Shown: positions 49,804-59,838 of the stretch, in pieces
How positions within the stretch are numbered: the first letter of the stretch is position 1
Layout of the letters: every line of letters starts with the position of its first letter
Assembly: GCF_037722395.1 (NCBI RefSeq)
Contig: NZ_JBBKAR010000033.1
Coordinates: 433,390 to 497,389, forward strand
DNA: 64,000 nt
Direction: 5' to 3'
Source of the DNA: Saccharibacillus sacchari
Lineage (GTDB): Bacteria > Bacillota > Bacilli > Paenibacillales > Paenibacillaceae
Program-made: the position numbers and the translations under genes
The notes under the pieces: generated by a model
Database searches by the model: none
Seen by the model: the letters and a program-made list of their open reading frames with translations, nothing else
Told to the model about the DNA's origin: nothing

Positions 49804-51309
49804 TTGCGAACAAAACGTGCCCTCTATAATACGCTGACCGCAATTTTAATGCAGCTGATCAATTTCGGTGCGGGTCTGATCATTCCCCGTCTGATTATTG
49901 AAAGCTACGGTTCAAGCGTCAACGGGCTGGTTGTCTCGGTCGTGCAGTTTATCGGCTATCTGTATCTGATCGAAGTCGGCATCTCGGGGGCGCTCAATTA
50001 TTCGCTATACAAGCCGTTGACGGCAGGCGACCAGACTGCGGTTAACCGTATTTTGGCGGCTGCTCGGCAAACGTATCGCCAGGTCGGTTTATACGCTTCG
50101 GGCATCGTGCTGATCTTGATGTTCGTCTATCCGCTGTTCGTCATGGAAGAGAGCATTGCCTATTCGGATGTCCTGTTGCTGGTTGCAGCCGTAGGCTGTG
50201 CCAGTTTGCTGAATTATTTTACCATCGCCAAATACAATGCGCTGCTGACTGCCTCGCAATCCAATTACATCCTGTCGATCTTCCGCATCGTCTATCTGGT
50301 GGCCAACACGCTGATTATCGTCAGCATGGTACAGAGCGGCGCCGATTATCCATGGGTGTACGCTGCCGCGCTCGGTGCTCAGATGTTGCAGGCCGTAGGG
50401 ATTACGTGGTATGTTCGGCGCAAGTACCCGGATGTTCGATTCGACGTCGAACCGGATCTGAGCGCGTTGGCGAACCGGAACAATGTATTGGTGCATGAGC
50501 TGTCCAGAATGGCGGTCTTCGGCTCTCCGGTGATTCTGTTAACGTTGTTCGCGACGCTGACCGACGTGAGTATTTATTCGGTGTATGCGCTTGTGTTTAC
50601 AGGCATCAATATGCTGATTGGCGTCTTCAACAACGGATTTACGGCGGGGTTCGGCCAATTATTCACGCAAAAAGAGCTGCGACGCAACCTGCAAGTCTCG
50701 TACTCGCAGTATGAGCTGTTGTTCTATATGATTCTGACCTTCGTGTATGCGTGCGCCTGGATTCTCGGACTTCCGTTCGTGCATGTGTATACGAATGGAA
50801 TCAGCACGACGAATTACGAGGATGCGATTGTGCTCCTGCTATTCGTAGGGATCGGCGTGTTGGAAAATTGGAAGATTCCGCAGTCCACGATTATTATCGC
50901 AGCCGGACATTTCAAGCAGACGCGGCATCGTGCCATCATTGAAGCCGTTATCGTACTGGTCGCGTCGACGATTCTGGTGTTCCCTTTGGGATTAAAAGGC
51001 GTACTGATCGGCAGTATGCTGGGACTTGCGTATCGGGCGATCGATCTGCTCTATGCGCATAAGCTGATCGGTATTCCTTTTCGGCCGACGTTGCTGCGAT
51101 TGGTGCGGGTATTTGTAGCGGGTGCGATCATTATTTTGCCCTTCCAGACGTTTCTTCCGGTTCGTGCCGACGGATTATGGAGTTGGGTGTTACTGGCGCT
51201 CGGCGTTTCCGTGTGGGCGGGGCTGGTCGTATTGGCGGCAAATCTTCTGACCGAGCGAAAAGAACTTATGGCAGTCGTCTCTCGGGTCGGACAAGTCTTT
51301 AAGCGTTAG
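49804..51309 (+). CDS. polysaccharide biosynthesis protein / Wzx-like flippase (MOP superfamily)
   Basis: A polytopic membrane protein of ~500 aa with 12-14 transmembrane segments, adjacent to glycosyltransferase genes. TTG start. Confidence 0.7.
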   Translation: MRTKRALYNTLTAILMQLINFGAGLIIPRLIIESYGSSVNGLVVSVVQFIGYLYLIEVGISGALNYSLYKPLTAGDQTAVNRILAAARQTYRQVGLYASGIVLILMFVYPLFVMEESIAYSDVLLLVAAVGCASLLNYFTIAKYNALLTASQSNYILSIFRIVYLVANTLIIVSMVQSGADYPWVYAAALGAQMLQAVGITWYVRRKYPDVRFDVEPDLSALANRNNVLVHELSRMAVFGSPVILLTLFATLTDVSIYSVYALVFTGINMLIGVFNNGFTAGFGQLFTQKELRRNLQVSYSQYELLFYMILTFVYACAWILGLPFVHVYTNGISTTNYEDAIVLLLFVGIGVLENWKIPQSTIIIAAGHFKQTRHRAIIEAVIVLVASTILVFPLGLKGVLIGSMLGLAYRAIDLLYAHKLIGIPFRPTLLRLVRVFVAGAIIILPFQTFLPVRADGLWSWVLLALGVSVWAGLVVLAANLLTERKELMAVVSRVGQVFKR

Positions 51310-51405
51310 AGCACGTCGATAAAAATCGAATACGTATCGAGTAAACATAAGGAACTGACCTTTTAGAGGCAGTTCCTTTTTGTTTGCCTAAAAAGGAGGA
51401 GAAGC

Positions 51406-53078
51406 TTGTTGAATACGTTGAAAAGAATGCTACTGCCTGTATGGAATGAGCGGTTATGGGTCGGTTTGACGATTATGCTCGGCGTGGTTACAGCGGGATT
51501 AAACCTGTCCAGACCTTTACTATTCGGGCTGATCGTAGGCGAGTTGGTTAAGCTTGATCCCGAGCAGAAGGTAAATAGCTACGTATGGTTGTATATATGT
51601 AGTTGGGGCATGAGTTGGACGGTGTCTCTACTTATTCGATACATCGGAGCTAAACTGGATCAGCGGATTCTTGCGCAAATGAGAGTTGACGTCCTGGCTC
51701 ATTTGCTTCATATTCCTTTGCTTGAAAATGAACGACAGCCGAACGGGCGCATACAAGCGTATATCTCCTCCGACTTACCGACATGGACCCGGTTATACGG
51801 AACACTACTGGCACAAATCGTCCATTCAGTGGTTCAACTGGCAGGGGCGAGTGTCGCTTTGGTGAATTTCGATCCTGAGATGACCCTGATGATTCTGCCG
51901 TTTCTGCTGCTAGGCTCGCTGGCTCCACTGTTCATTTCCAAACTTATGGTCAAGGTTAACCGGACTGCTCAGGATTCGTTATCGCAAGCGTTTGAAACAT
52001 TATCCGGCTTGATTCGGGGAACCGGCGACTTGCGCTTTTTGCATGCGGAAAAATGGGGGATCGAGCGCTTTAGGAAAGTTTGCGTGCGTTCCCAATGTGC
52101 CGAGGTCAAACGGACGTTAGCCCAAAGTTTGATGCAGGTGTGTGCAGCTTTTTCGGAAATAGCTGCTTATGTGTTGGTTTTGTGGTGGGGAGGAAAGCGT
52201 GTGCTTCGAAATGAGATGCAGATCAGCGAACTGGTCGGTTTTCTCGTTACGATCGAAATGATTTTTTTTTCGGCCAGAAATGCAAGCGATCTAGCGTCTG
52301 AGGTTTACAGTGCGTGGGCCTCTGCCCAGCGTGTGCTGGCGTTTTTATCAATCTCGGTAAAAGAACGAAGCGCAACAAAAGAAGGGGATTTGGTCATTCG
52401 TGAATTGTCATTTCGTTATCCGGGCGAGCAAAAGGATGCTGTTTGCTCGGTCAACTGTACCCTGCGAAAAGGGGAAGTTATCGTCATTTTAGGGGAAAGC
52501 GGCTCGGGGAAATCGACGTTCCTGAAATTGATCTCAGGAGAATATGCGCCGACCTCGGGAGCAATCGTTTCAGAAGGAACCGCGTCGCGCATTTCCTCAT
52601 TCGTCGGACAAGATCCCCTATTATTCGATGTCAGCATTCGAGATAACCTCAGTCTGGGACGCAAAGTAGACTGGAGAATCGTTGAAGAATTAGCCGAGCA
52701 GTTTAGCTGAACTTCCTGATCTGCGAAATGCCCCAGCAATATGAGACGATTCTAAGGGATAATGGTACGAACTTGTCGGTGGGGCAAAAGAAACGGATGG
52801 CACTGGTGCGGGCGTTGCTTATTCCGAGTGACTGCTTGCTCCTCGATGAGCCTACAGCGGGATTGGATAGGGAAAATGCAGATCGGTTCTGGATGTCGCT
52901 GTTGAACAGGAATCAGGACGTGACGCGAATCGTCACCACGCATCGTGTGGAGGAAACGAAGTTTGCAGATCAGGTGTTGATTTTTAAAGAAGGATATTTG
53001 GTTGAAGCGGGGAGATCGAATGAACTGCTGCTTCTGGGCGGGGAATATAGCCGATTAATGGAAAAGGAGCACAATTGA
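51406..53078 (+). pseudogene. ABC exporter (fused TMD-NBD) interrupted by a frameshift near 52700-52710
   Basis: ORF 51406-52710 carries the transmembrane domain and Walker A GESGSGKST. ORF 52728-53078, in another frame, carries the signature LSVGQKKR, Walker B LLLDEPTAGLD and the H-loop. The second frame is open back to 52707, so a single-nucleotide indel explains the split. Confidence 0.7.
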
Positions 53079-53147
53079 TTAGGACGAATCGCAAAAGCGA
53101 TCAAAGAAAAATGCCCCCGATGATCGAGGGCATGAATTCTGAACCAT

Positions 53148-53783
53148 TTAAGAACTGGCATTAGCGATGCGTTGCTGAGCGTTTTTGACGACAGCCGCGG
53201 TTTCTTCGGTTTGCTTTTTGAGCTTGGCGATATCGTCTTGAAGCTGCGTATCGTTCTCTTGCTCGCTCTGGAATTTTTCCAGCTCGATCTTCAGATCGCG
53301 AACGGCGGCTTCGATCTCGACTTTCCATTCCATCGCGACTTCGCCGACTTCTTTGCCGAAAGCGATTAGTTCGCGGCTGGTTTCCGCTGCGGCTTGGCCT
53401 TTGGCACGCAGAACCGCGATCGCGTTTTGACCTTTGTCCTTGGCGTTTTCCAACGAAGCTTGACCTTTGTCGCGAAGCGCGATCGCTGTGTCGACGCTGC
53501 GGTCTTTGAGGTCGATCGCGGCAGTAACGCCACGGTCTTTCAGTTCCAGGCCTTTGTCTTTGAGATCGATAGCTGCTGTAACGCTTCTGTCCTTCAGATC
53601 GATCGCCGCCACGACGCTGCGATCTTTCAGCTCCAGGCTTTTGTCTTTCAGGTCGATTGCACCGTCCGCGATAACCCGGCGCGTCTCCGATCCGCGCTGC
53701 GGAGCGAACAGTAGAGCGGTAATTCCTCCGATTGCGGCCCCGGCCGCGACACCGGCAATAAATTTTAAAGTTGAATTTGACAT
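53148..53783 (-). CDS. YtxH-like (DUF948) protein with five tandem 11-aa repeats (AAIDLKDRSVT-like)
   Basis: An N-terminal transmembrane segment/glycine zipper MSNSTLKFIAGVAAGAAIGGITALLFAPQRGS is typical of the YtxH family. 33-bp tandem repeats are visible in the DNA at ~53467-53665. Confidence 0.7.
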   Translation of the reverse strand: MSNSTLKFIAGVAAGAAIGGITALLFAPQRGSETRRVIADGAIDLKDKSLELKDRSVVAAIDLKDRSVTAAIDLKDKGLELKDRGVTAAIDLKDRSVDTAIALRDKGQASLENAKDKGQNAIAVLRAKGQAAAETSRELIAFGKEVGEVAMEWKVEIEAAVRDLKIELEKFQSEQENDTQLQDDIAKLKKQTEETAAVVKNAQQRIANASS

Positions 53784-53895
53784 ATGTAAGCCTCCTGTCT
53801 AAAAGTCTTCTTCTTTAATATTACCCATAGTTACGTTTCTGAACAGAGTTAGCAGGGGGAAAATCGAGGGAATTTGATTTAGGGCGGGCTCAATG

Positions 53896-54037
53896 GGGGG
53901 CGCTGCGGGGAAAATTACCAGCATATGCTTCCGAAGTGCATTTCTTCGAAATGCTTCACAAGACGCTGTCTCACGCAAAAAGCTTTCAGCTTTCCGCGTT
54001 CAAAGGCGTCTGGACCTGAATTTTCCCCTCCGCTGGC
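53896..54037. repeat. dispersed repeat family 2, copy D (the most complete copy), between two YtxH-like genes
   Basis: It contains the 55-nt core (53920-53974). It shares the left boundary GGGGCGCTGCGGGGAAAATT and the right module GACGCTGTCTCACGCA…CCGCGTTCAAAGGCGTCT…CCCCTCCGCTGG with copy A. Confidence 0.75.
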
Positions 54038-54132
54038 ATTGAGCCGGATCGAATTTCTCGATTGACGGGAAGGGGACAGTTTCGCTTCTTGCTTCAAGCA
54101 AAAAGACGCTCCGAGGAGGAGCGCCCAATTGT

Positions 54133-54480
54133 TTAATCCTTTTTCACAACTTGTAAATGCGGCGTGGCTTCAGAGGGGGAGGCAGGGGAAGCGTCTGCTT
54201 CTGCCGAAGGTTGAATTTCAAGCGTCTCGATGGCTTCTTTCCAATCTTCGTCGCTTCGGACTTCGCGTCCGAGCGCGATAAGGTCGCGTGTTTTTTCAGC
54301 CGTCTCGTGTCCCAACTCCAAACCTTTTTCTTTGGTCTGAACAGCTATTTTGCGAATCTGCTGCCGGGCACCGGCGCTTTTGCGGGAAGTGAGAAACCAG
54401 GCGGCGCCGGCTCCGGCCAGCGTGCCCATGACGATTCGGGCCATGCGCCGTTTCGTTGTTTCGTCCATCGGCTTTTTCAT
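54133..54480 (-). CDS. YtxH-like (DUF948) small protein
   Basis: The N-terminal transmembrane/Gly-Ala segment …ARIVMGTLAGAGAAWFLTSRKS is followed by a charged helical region. Confidence 0.6.
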   Translation of the reverse strand: MKKPMDETTKRRMARIVMGTLAGAGAAWFLTSRKSAGARQQIRKIAVQTKEKGLELGHETAEKTRDLIALGREVRSDEDWKEAIETLEIQPSAEADASPASPSEATPHLQVVKKD

Positions 54481-54532
54481 CTCCTTGTCGACTTCAGCGA
54501 TTGAACTTCTTCCCTACATTAACCCTCTTTAA

Positions 54533-56347
54533 TCAGCTGCCAAACTGTGCTTGATGCAGACGGCTGTAAATCCCGCCCGTTTCGATCAAATCTTCGTGTT
54601 TGCCTTCTTCGGCGATGCCGTCTTTGCTGACCACGATGATACGATCCGCATTCCGAATTGTCGCCAGACGGTGGGCAATCACGAGCGTCGTACGTCCGAT
54701 CGCAAGCTCCGACAGCGATTTTTGAATCGCCAATTCGGTCTCGGTATCGAGTGCCGATGTGGCTTCGTCCAAAATAAGGATCGGCGGATTTTTCAGGAAC
54801 ATCCGTGCGATCGCCATACGTTGCTTTTGTCCGCCGGACAGCTTCACGCCGCGTTCGCCGATGACGGTGTCCATGCCTTCAGGCATCGCGCGAATAACGT
54901 CGGCCATATGCGCACGTTCAGCGGCATCCCAGATCTCTTCCAGCGAAGCATCGAGTTTGCCATAGGCGATGTTCTCGCGGATCGTACCGGAGAACAAGAA
55001 TACGTCCTGCTGAACGATACCGATCTGTTTGCGAAGCGATTCCAGCGTCATGTCCCGAATATCCATGCCGTCCACGGTGATCGAACCGGCCTGGACTTCA
55101 TAGAAGCGAGGCAAAAGGCTACAGATCGTCGTTTTACCCGCACCGGATGGTCCGACAAAGGCTACCGTTTCGCCCGGATGAACCTGAAGACTGATATCGT
55201 CAAGGATCGGGCGTTCTTTTTCATAACCGAATGTAACGTTGTTGAAGTGAATTTCGCCTTTGAGGGAATCGACTTCTTTGGCATTCGGCGCGTCCTGGAT
55301 ATCCGGATCGGTGTCCATGATTTCCAGGTAACGGCGGAAGCCCGCGATCCCTTTTGGGTAACTCTCGATCACGGCATTGATCTTCTCGATTGGACGGAAG
55401 AAGACATTCGCGAGCAATTGGAAAGCCACGAATTCGCCGATCTGGATCTCGCCGCGAATAAAGTACCATGCGCCGAACACCAGAACGAGTACGCTGATCA
55501 ATCGCATCATCATATAGTTGACGGACATGCTGCCTGCCATCGTTTTGTAGGCCATCAGCTTCGTTTTACGGAAATCCTGATTTTCTACGTCGAACAGTTC
55601 GCTTTCGTGTTTTTCGTTCGCGAACGATTGTACGACGCGGATACCGCCGATGTTGTCTTCGATGCGGGAGTTGAAGTTACCTACGTTACCGAAGAGTCGG
55701 CTGTATGTACGCGTCATGCGGCGACCGAAGAAGATAATCATCCAAGCCATAACCGGAATGATAATAAACGTGATGATCGCAAGTTCCGGGCTGATGCTGT
55801 ACATGAGGATAAACGAACCGACAAGGGTCATGATGGCGATAAATACATCTTCCGGCCCGTGGTGGGCCAGTTCGCCGATATCGTTCAGGTCGTTCGTGAT
55901 CCGGCCGATCAGATGACCGGTCTTATGATTATCGTAGAATCGGAACGACAGCTTTTGTAATTTGCCGAAAAGGCTTTTGCGCATGTCGGTCTCGATATTG
56001 ATCCCGAGCATATGCCCCCAATACGTGACGACATACTGCATGCCCGTATTCAACGCATAGATGGCAAGCAACCCAATACATGCTGCCAGAATCAAGGTCC
56101 AGTTGCCACCTGGAAGCAGGTCGTCGATAAACGTGTTGACCGCAATCGGAAACGCGAGTTCAAGCAGACCGGCAAATACGGCACAGCAGAAGTCGAGAAT
56201 GAACAGCCCTTTGTAAGGCCGATAAAATGCGAAGAAACGTTTCAAAATATTGATGCCAATCCCTCTTTTCTCTCTTAATCTGTACTCCTCAATCTCTGAT
56301 CCGAAGCGTTTGGCCGACCCGTCGGAACAGCGTCTATTGAGAATCAT
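54533..56347 (-). CDS. ABC exporter, fused permease/ATP-binding (MsbA/multidrug type)
   Basis: Six transmembrane segments are followed by Walker A GPSGAGKTT, signature LSGGQKQR and Walker B ILILDEATSALD. Confidence 0.9.
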   Translation of the reverse strand: MILNRRCSDGSAKRFGSEIEEYRLREKRGIGINILKRFFAFYRPYKGLFILDFCCAVFAGLLELAFPIAVNTFIDDLLPGGNWTLILAACIGLLAIYALNTGMQYVVTYWGHMLGINIETDMRKSLFGKLQKLSFRFYDNHKTGHLIGRITNDLNDIGELAHHGPEDVFIAIMTLVGSFILMYSISPELAIITFIIIPVMAWMIIFFGRRMTRTYSRLFGNVGNFNSRIEDNIGGIRVVQSFANEKHESELFDVENQDFRKTKLMAYKTMAGSMSVNYMMMRLISVLVLVFGAWYFIRGEIQIGEFVAFQLLANVFFRPIEKINAVIESYPKGIAGFRRYLEIMDTDPDIQDAPNAKEVDSLKGEIHFNNVTFGYEKERPILDDISLQVHPGETVAFVGPSGAGKTTICSLLPRFYEVQAGSITVDGMDIRDMTLESLRKQIGIVQQDVFLFSGTIRENIAYGKLDASLEEIWDAAERAHMADVIRAMPEGMDTVIGERGVKLSGGQKQRMAIARMFLKNPPILILDEATSALDTETELAIQKSLSELAIGRTTLVIAHRLATIRNADRIIVVSKDGIAEEGKHEDLIETGGIYSRLHQAQFGS

Positions 56348-56438
56348 TCTCTATCATAGCTTGTATACGAGCAAAACGGCAAGATAAAAATACAAAAAAA
56401 TACGAACAAGTATTTTGTTTACGGGTTGCCGGAATCAA

Positions 56439-57638
56439 CTATACCGCTTCATGTTCACTCAGCCGCCGCTTCAACATGTCGTAACAAGCCGTCAGCTCCG
56501 CTTCTGTTGCGAATCCGGCCTGAGCCATTCGATCGTTACCTCCGCCGCGACCGCCGAAGGCCGGCAGCATTTCTTTGAAAAGCGCCCCGCAAAAGAACCC
56601 GGCTTCGCCGCCGTGAGCGAGAATCAATTTAAACTCCGTCAACGAAGCAAGCAGGACCGGGAGCCGGGCATTGCGTGCTGTCAGGGCGGTCGCGAGGCTT
56701 TGCAGTTCTTTTAGGGTCCGGTCACTGAATACTTTCGCGATCGGGCCTCCCGCATGTGTCGCTTCATTGAGCAATTCTTCGGCGACGTATTCGTCCAGTT
56801 GCTGCCGCAGCGTATTTAACTGTGTTTGTTTGCGCCGATCCTCTTCGGTCCATTTTTCCAATCGTTCGACAAGTTCTTCCTTGGGTGTGCTGAGCTTGGA
56901 GGAGAGGGTGCTGAGTACTTTGGTTTGTGCGACGAATTCGTCGAGTGCACGCAGTCCCGTTTTAAAAGTGAGGCGAAGATTTCCTTTTTGCTTCTCCGCA
57001 CGTAGCAGCTTGAGCAAGCCAAGTTCGCCCGTGGCGTTCACATGAGTACCGCCGCAAGCGTTGTATTCAATGCCTTCGATCTCGACGATACGCACCTCTC
57101 CCTCGACGGAAGGAGCTTTGACGAGCGGTAAGTTTGCGGCCTCCTCGCTGCTGACAAAATAACTTTTGATCGGCAGATTGCGCATGATGCGAAGATTGAC
57201 TTCCCGTTCGACTCCATCCAATTCCTGCTGTGTCCACTCTGCACGTTCCACGTCGATGGTGGCGTAGTCTTCACCGAGATGGAAACTCAACGTGGCGGCG
57301 CCCAGCAGATCCAGCACCGTAGCGGATAACAGATGCTGACCGCTATGCTGCTGCATATGATCGAAGCGGCGCTCCCAGTCCAGTCGGCAAGATACTTCGC
57401 TCCCAGGTTCCCCAGGCGGCGCCTCGACGAGATGCAGGATGTTGCCGTTTTGACTCTGTGTATCCAGCACGCGGACTTCGCCGATCCAGCCGGAGTCCCC
57501 CGGTTGCCCGCCGCCCTCGGGATAGAAAGCCGTCTTGCCCAGTCGGACATAGAAGCCGTTTTCACCTGGAACGATTTCTTGAATAATGCTTGTCCACTCT
57601 TGAGAATAGGCGGAATCGTAGTAGATTTTATGCGTCAT
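56439..57638 (-). CDS. AlaX-L-type alanyl-tRNA editing protein (AlaRS editing-domain homolog)
   Basis: The editing-domain zinc motifs are present (…HSGQHLL…, …CGGTHV…), and it has a C-terminal DHHA1-like region. A ribosome-binding site AAAGGAGA precedes the MTHKIYY start; the ORF track extends further upstream. Confidence 0.8.
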   Translation of the reverse strand: MTHKIYYDSAYSQEWTSIIQEIVPGENGFYVRLGKTAFYPEGGGQPGDSGWIGEVRVLDTQSQNGNILHLVEAPPGEPGSEVSCRLDWERRFDHMQQHSGQHLLSATVLDLLGAATLSFHLGEDYATIDVERAEWTQQELDGVEREVNLRIMRNLPIKSYFVSSEEAANLPLVKAPSVEGEVRIVEIEGIEYNACGGTHVNATGELGLLKLLRAEKQKGNLRLTFKTGLRALDEFVAQTKVLSTLSSKLSTPKEELVERLEKWTEEDRRKQTQLNTLRQQLDEYVAEELLNEATHAGGPIAKVFSDRTLKELQSLATALTARNARLPVLLASLTEFKLILAHGGEAGFFCGALFKEMLPAFGGRGGGNDRMAQAGFATEAELTACYDMLKRRLSEHEAV

Positions 57639-58162
57639 GACGTTCTCCTTTTTGTTTCCGGTCCGGCATAAAAAGGAACCTTTTTTTAGCCGCGGAAGAG
57701 TCTGTTTGCATCGTATCCCATATCCGTATTTTGGGCAACGCTGTGAAGGAGTTCGGCGTGTAATAGAGGAGCAGACACCGTGGGGTTGAAATGAAGCCAA
57801 GCATGTGATCCTGGCGACGGGTGCCCTAGCGGATCTGGCTTCTGCTTCGGATCGAGCTATGGCGTAAAAAAAGAACCTTTCGCGAGATCGCGGAAGGTTC
57901 TTTTGGAGAGGAGGAATGAATGCTTCTCAGGCGTGGACATGTTTGCGGTAAAAAAGGTAAGAAGCGACGTAGTTGGCACCTGCAAGCACCAGAATAAGTA
58001 GCGCGCCTGCCGTGAATTGGAAAAAAGTTCAAGGCGCATCAAGCGTTGTTCACACATCATTCTCGCTTTTAGCTCGTTTGGCTCGGTGATGATGTCATGT
58101 TATACTTCCTCCTAAAGTGCTCGTCAGTCGATACATTCCAATCCACGAAAGGGAGATGAAGT

Positions 58163-59008
58163 ATGGCAATCGATCTTGAAAAAAATCCGGCAGATATGGC
58201 ATTGATACGGAACGCGGCTTTGGGTGATTTGAGTGCGCTGGAAGAGCTTCGCAGCAGAAAAGTGTTGTTTGCCCAAAGTGAGGGATTGTGTTTTACAGTA
58301 TCCACTGTAGACGAAAGCGGGCGTCAACAAGGCATTCTGTCCGAGCATCGGGAAGGCGGAGGCGGGATGGATAGTCTGATCGAGATTCCGTCATCCTTTA
58401 CGATCGTAGACGTAGCTATGGAAGGAAGCAAAGTTGTATTGACGGCTGAGGATGGTCGTGTATTGGCAGCAGAACCGGAGCGATTCGGCTTCAGACATCT
58501 GATTAGGGAGGCAAACAATCCGGACTATGAAGCACAGTTGGAGCATGACTTTCTCTCGATTCCTACCAAACGTCGAGGAGAAGCGGGCCTTTATCGGGAT
58601 GAATGGGAAAATGAGTGGACGTATAATACGGAAATCGGCGGGTATTGGTTGACTCGTTCGGTTGGGGGCGAAAAAGCGCAAGCCGAGGTGTCTTGTGAAG
58701 CGACTACTCGCGATGAGCTGATCGAAATGCTGCCGACGGTCAATCAGCGGTTGCAACGACTGGATGCGTATGTGAACGCTGCCAAGGCTTATCTGTGGAA
58801 GAGTGGTAGCGAAGAGGAGCGAGAGGTTTTGGGATTGGAAGAGTTTCAAGCCCTGCTGCGTCTGGATTCAGTTAATTTCAGCTATTATGGGGATCTGGAA
58901 TTGTGGTTGGGCGAAAAGGATGAAGATGGAGCGCTATTCGATGGATATAGCCCGACTATTTATTTTGACCGGAAAGATGAAATTGTAAATTGGGCGATGA
59001 ATGGGTAA
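58163..59008 (+). CDS. hypothetical acidic Trp-rich protein (281 aa)
   Basis: A clean ORF with a ribosome-binding site AAAGGGAGA. No motif was recognised. A hairpin plus T8 terminator follows at ~59080-59135. Confidence 0.5.
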   Translation: MAIDLEKNPADMALIRNAALGDLSALEELRSRKVLFAQSEGLCFTVSTVDESGRQQGILSEHREGGGGMDSLIEIPSSFTIVDVAMEGSKVVLTAEDGRVLAAEPERFGFRHLIREANNPDYEAQLEHDFLSIPTKRRGEAGLYRDEWENEWTYNTEIGGYWLTRSVGGEKAQAEVSCEATTRDELIEMLPTVNQRLQRLDAYVNAAKAYLWKSGSEEEREVLGLEEFQALLRLDSVNFSYYGDLELWLGEKDEDGALFDGYSPTIYFDRKDEIVNWAMNG

Positions 59009-59838
59009 GTGAGTCGAAAATGAAAAAGTTTGCTTTCTGATGAATAATCCATTTTTTATAATTAATAGATTTAAAAGTCGCGAAGCGCGCGGACGTATTT
59101 TTTTCCTTTTGGGAAGGGAACTCGTCCGCTTTTTTTTGTGTATGAACGGTAAAAAAATAGGGTGTTCTCAAATGCTGCAACCCAGCGACAAAAGAGTTTA
59201 CATAGACCGGGAAATACATAGCTAAAAAGATTAAAGGGAAAAATTGGAATGAGAAAAAGTTGGAGGAAATGCACATTAACGCTGTTGGCGACACCGGATA
59301 TGCGAAATTTGCTTAAGCTTTAGCATTTTTCAATTTGCGCTCTTGTGTGAGAAACAACTTGACTCGTACATAGTGGCGTTAAAAAGTAAACGAATGAAAT
59401 ATTCAGCAACGTTCCTTTAAACGTCCCTTTGAACGGTTTGGGCAAATGCTTGGGATCATCAATGCCTTGCACAATGAACGACGAACGAGTCGAGCTGTAG
59501 GTTTTGTTGATAGATTAGCCCCTTGTGCATTCGTGTTCGGTACCGACACAGGTGCTTGGTTTCGATTGTGTACAAAACGTCAAGATTTTCAGCTCTAACT
59601 CGTGCTTTTTTTGCAAATGTTGACGTTTCGGCAACATATTTGCACATTTTCTGCTTAAATCGGCGTTCAATCGAAAATGTGTTGACTTTTCATCAACATT
59701 TTTGAAAATCAGCCGTTGAAACTCATAAAATGTGTGCAAAACGTCAACAATCAAAACGAGTACTTGGGCGATCCTGTAGGAGTAGTTTTTGCGATCTGTT
59801 GAGAATTGATTTTATTTACGTGTTAAAACCATCATGTA

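Noticed and set aside
52710-52728. Interpreting 51406-52710 and 52728-53078 as two separate genes
   Set aside because: The nucleotide-binding-domain motifs are split between the two ORFs. Walker A is in the first; the signature, Walker B and H-loop are in the second. Neither can be a functional protein alone, so it is called a frameshifted single gene.
57640-58160. Possible T-box leader or small gene upstream of the AlaX-L gene
   Set aside because: No T-box sequence (AGGGTGGNACCGCG-like) or specifier-loop geometry was found. Only tiny ORFs of 9-20 codons and a bidirectional terminator (57876-57912) are present.
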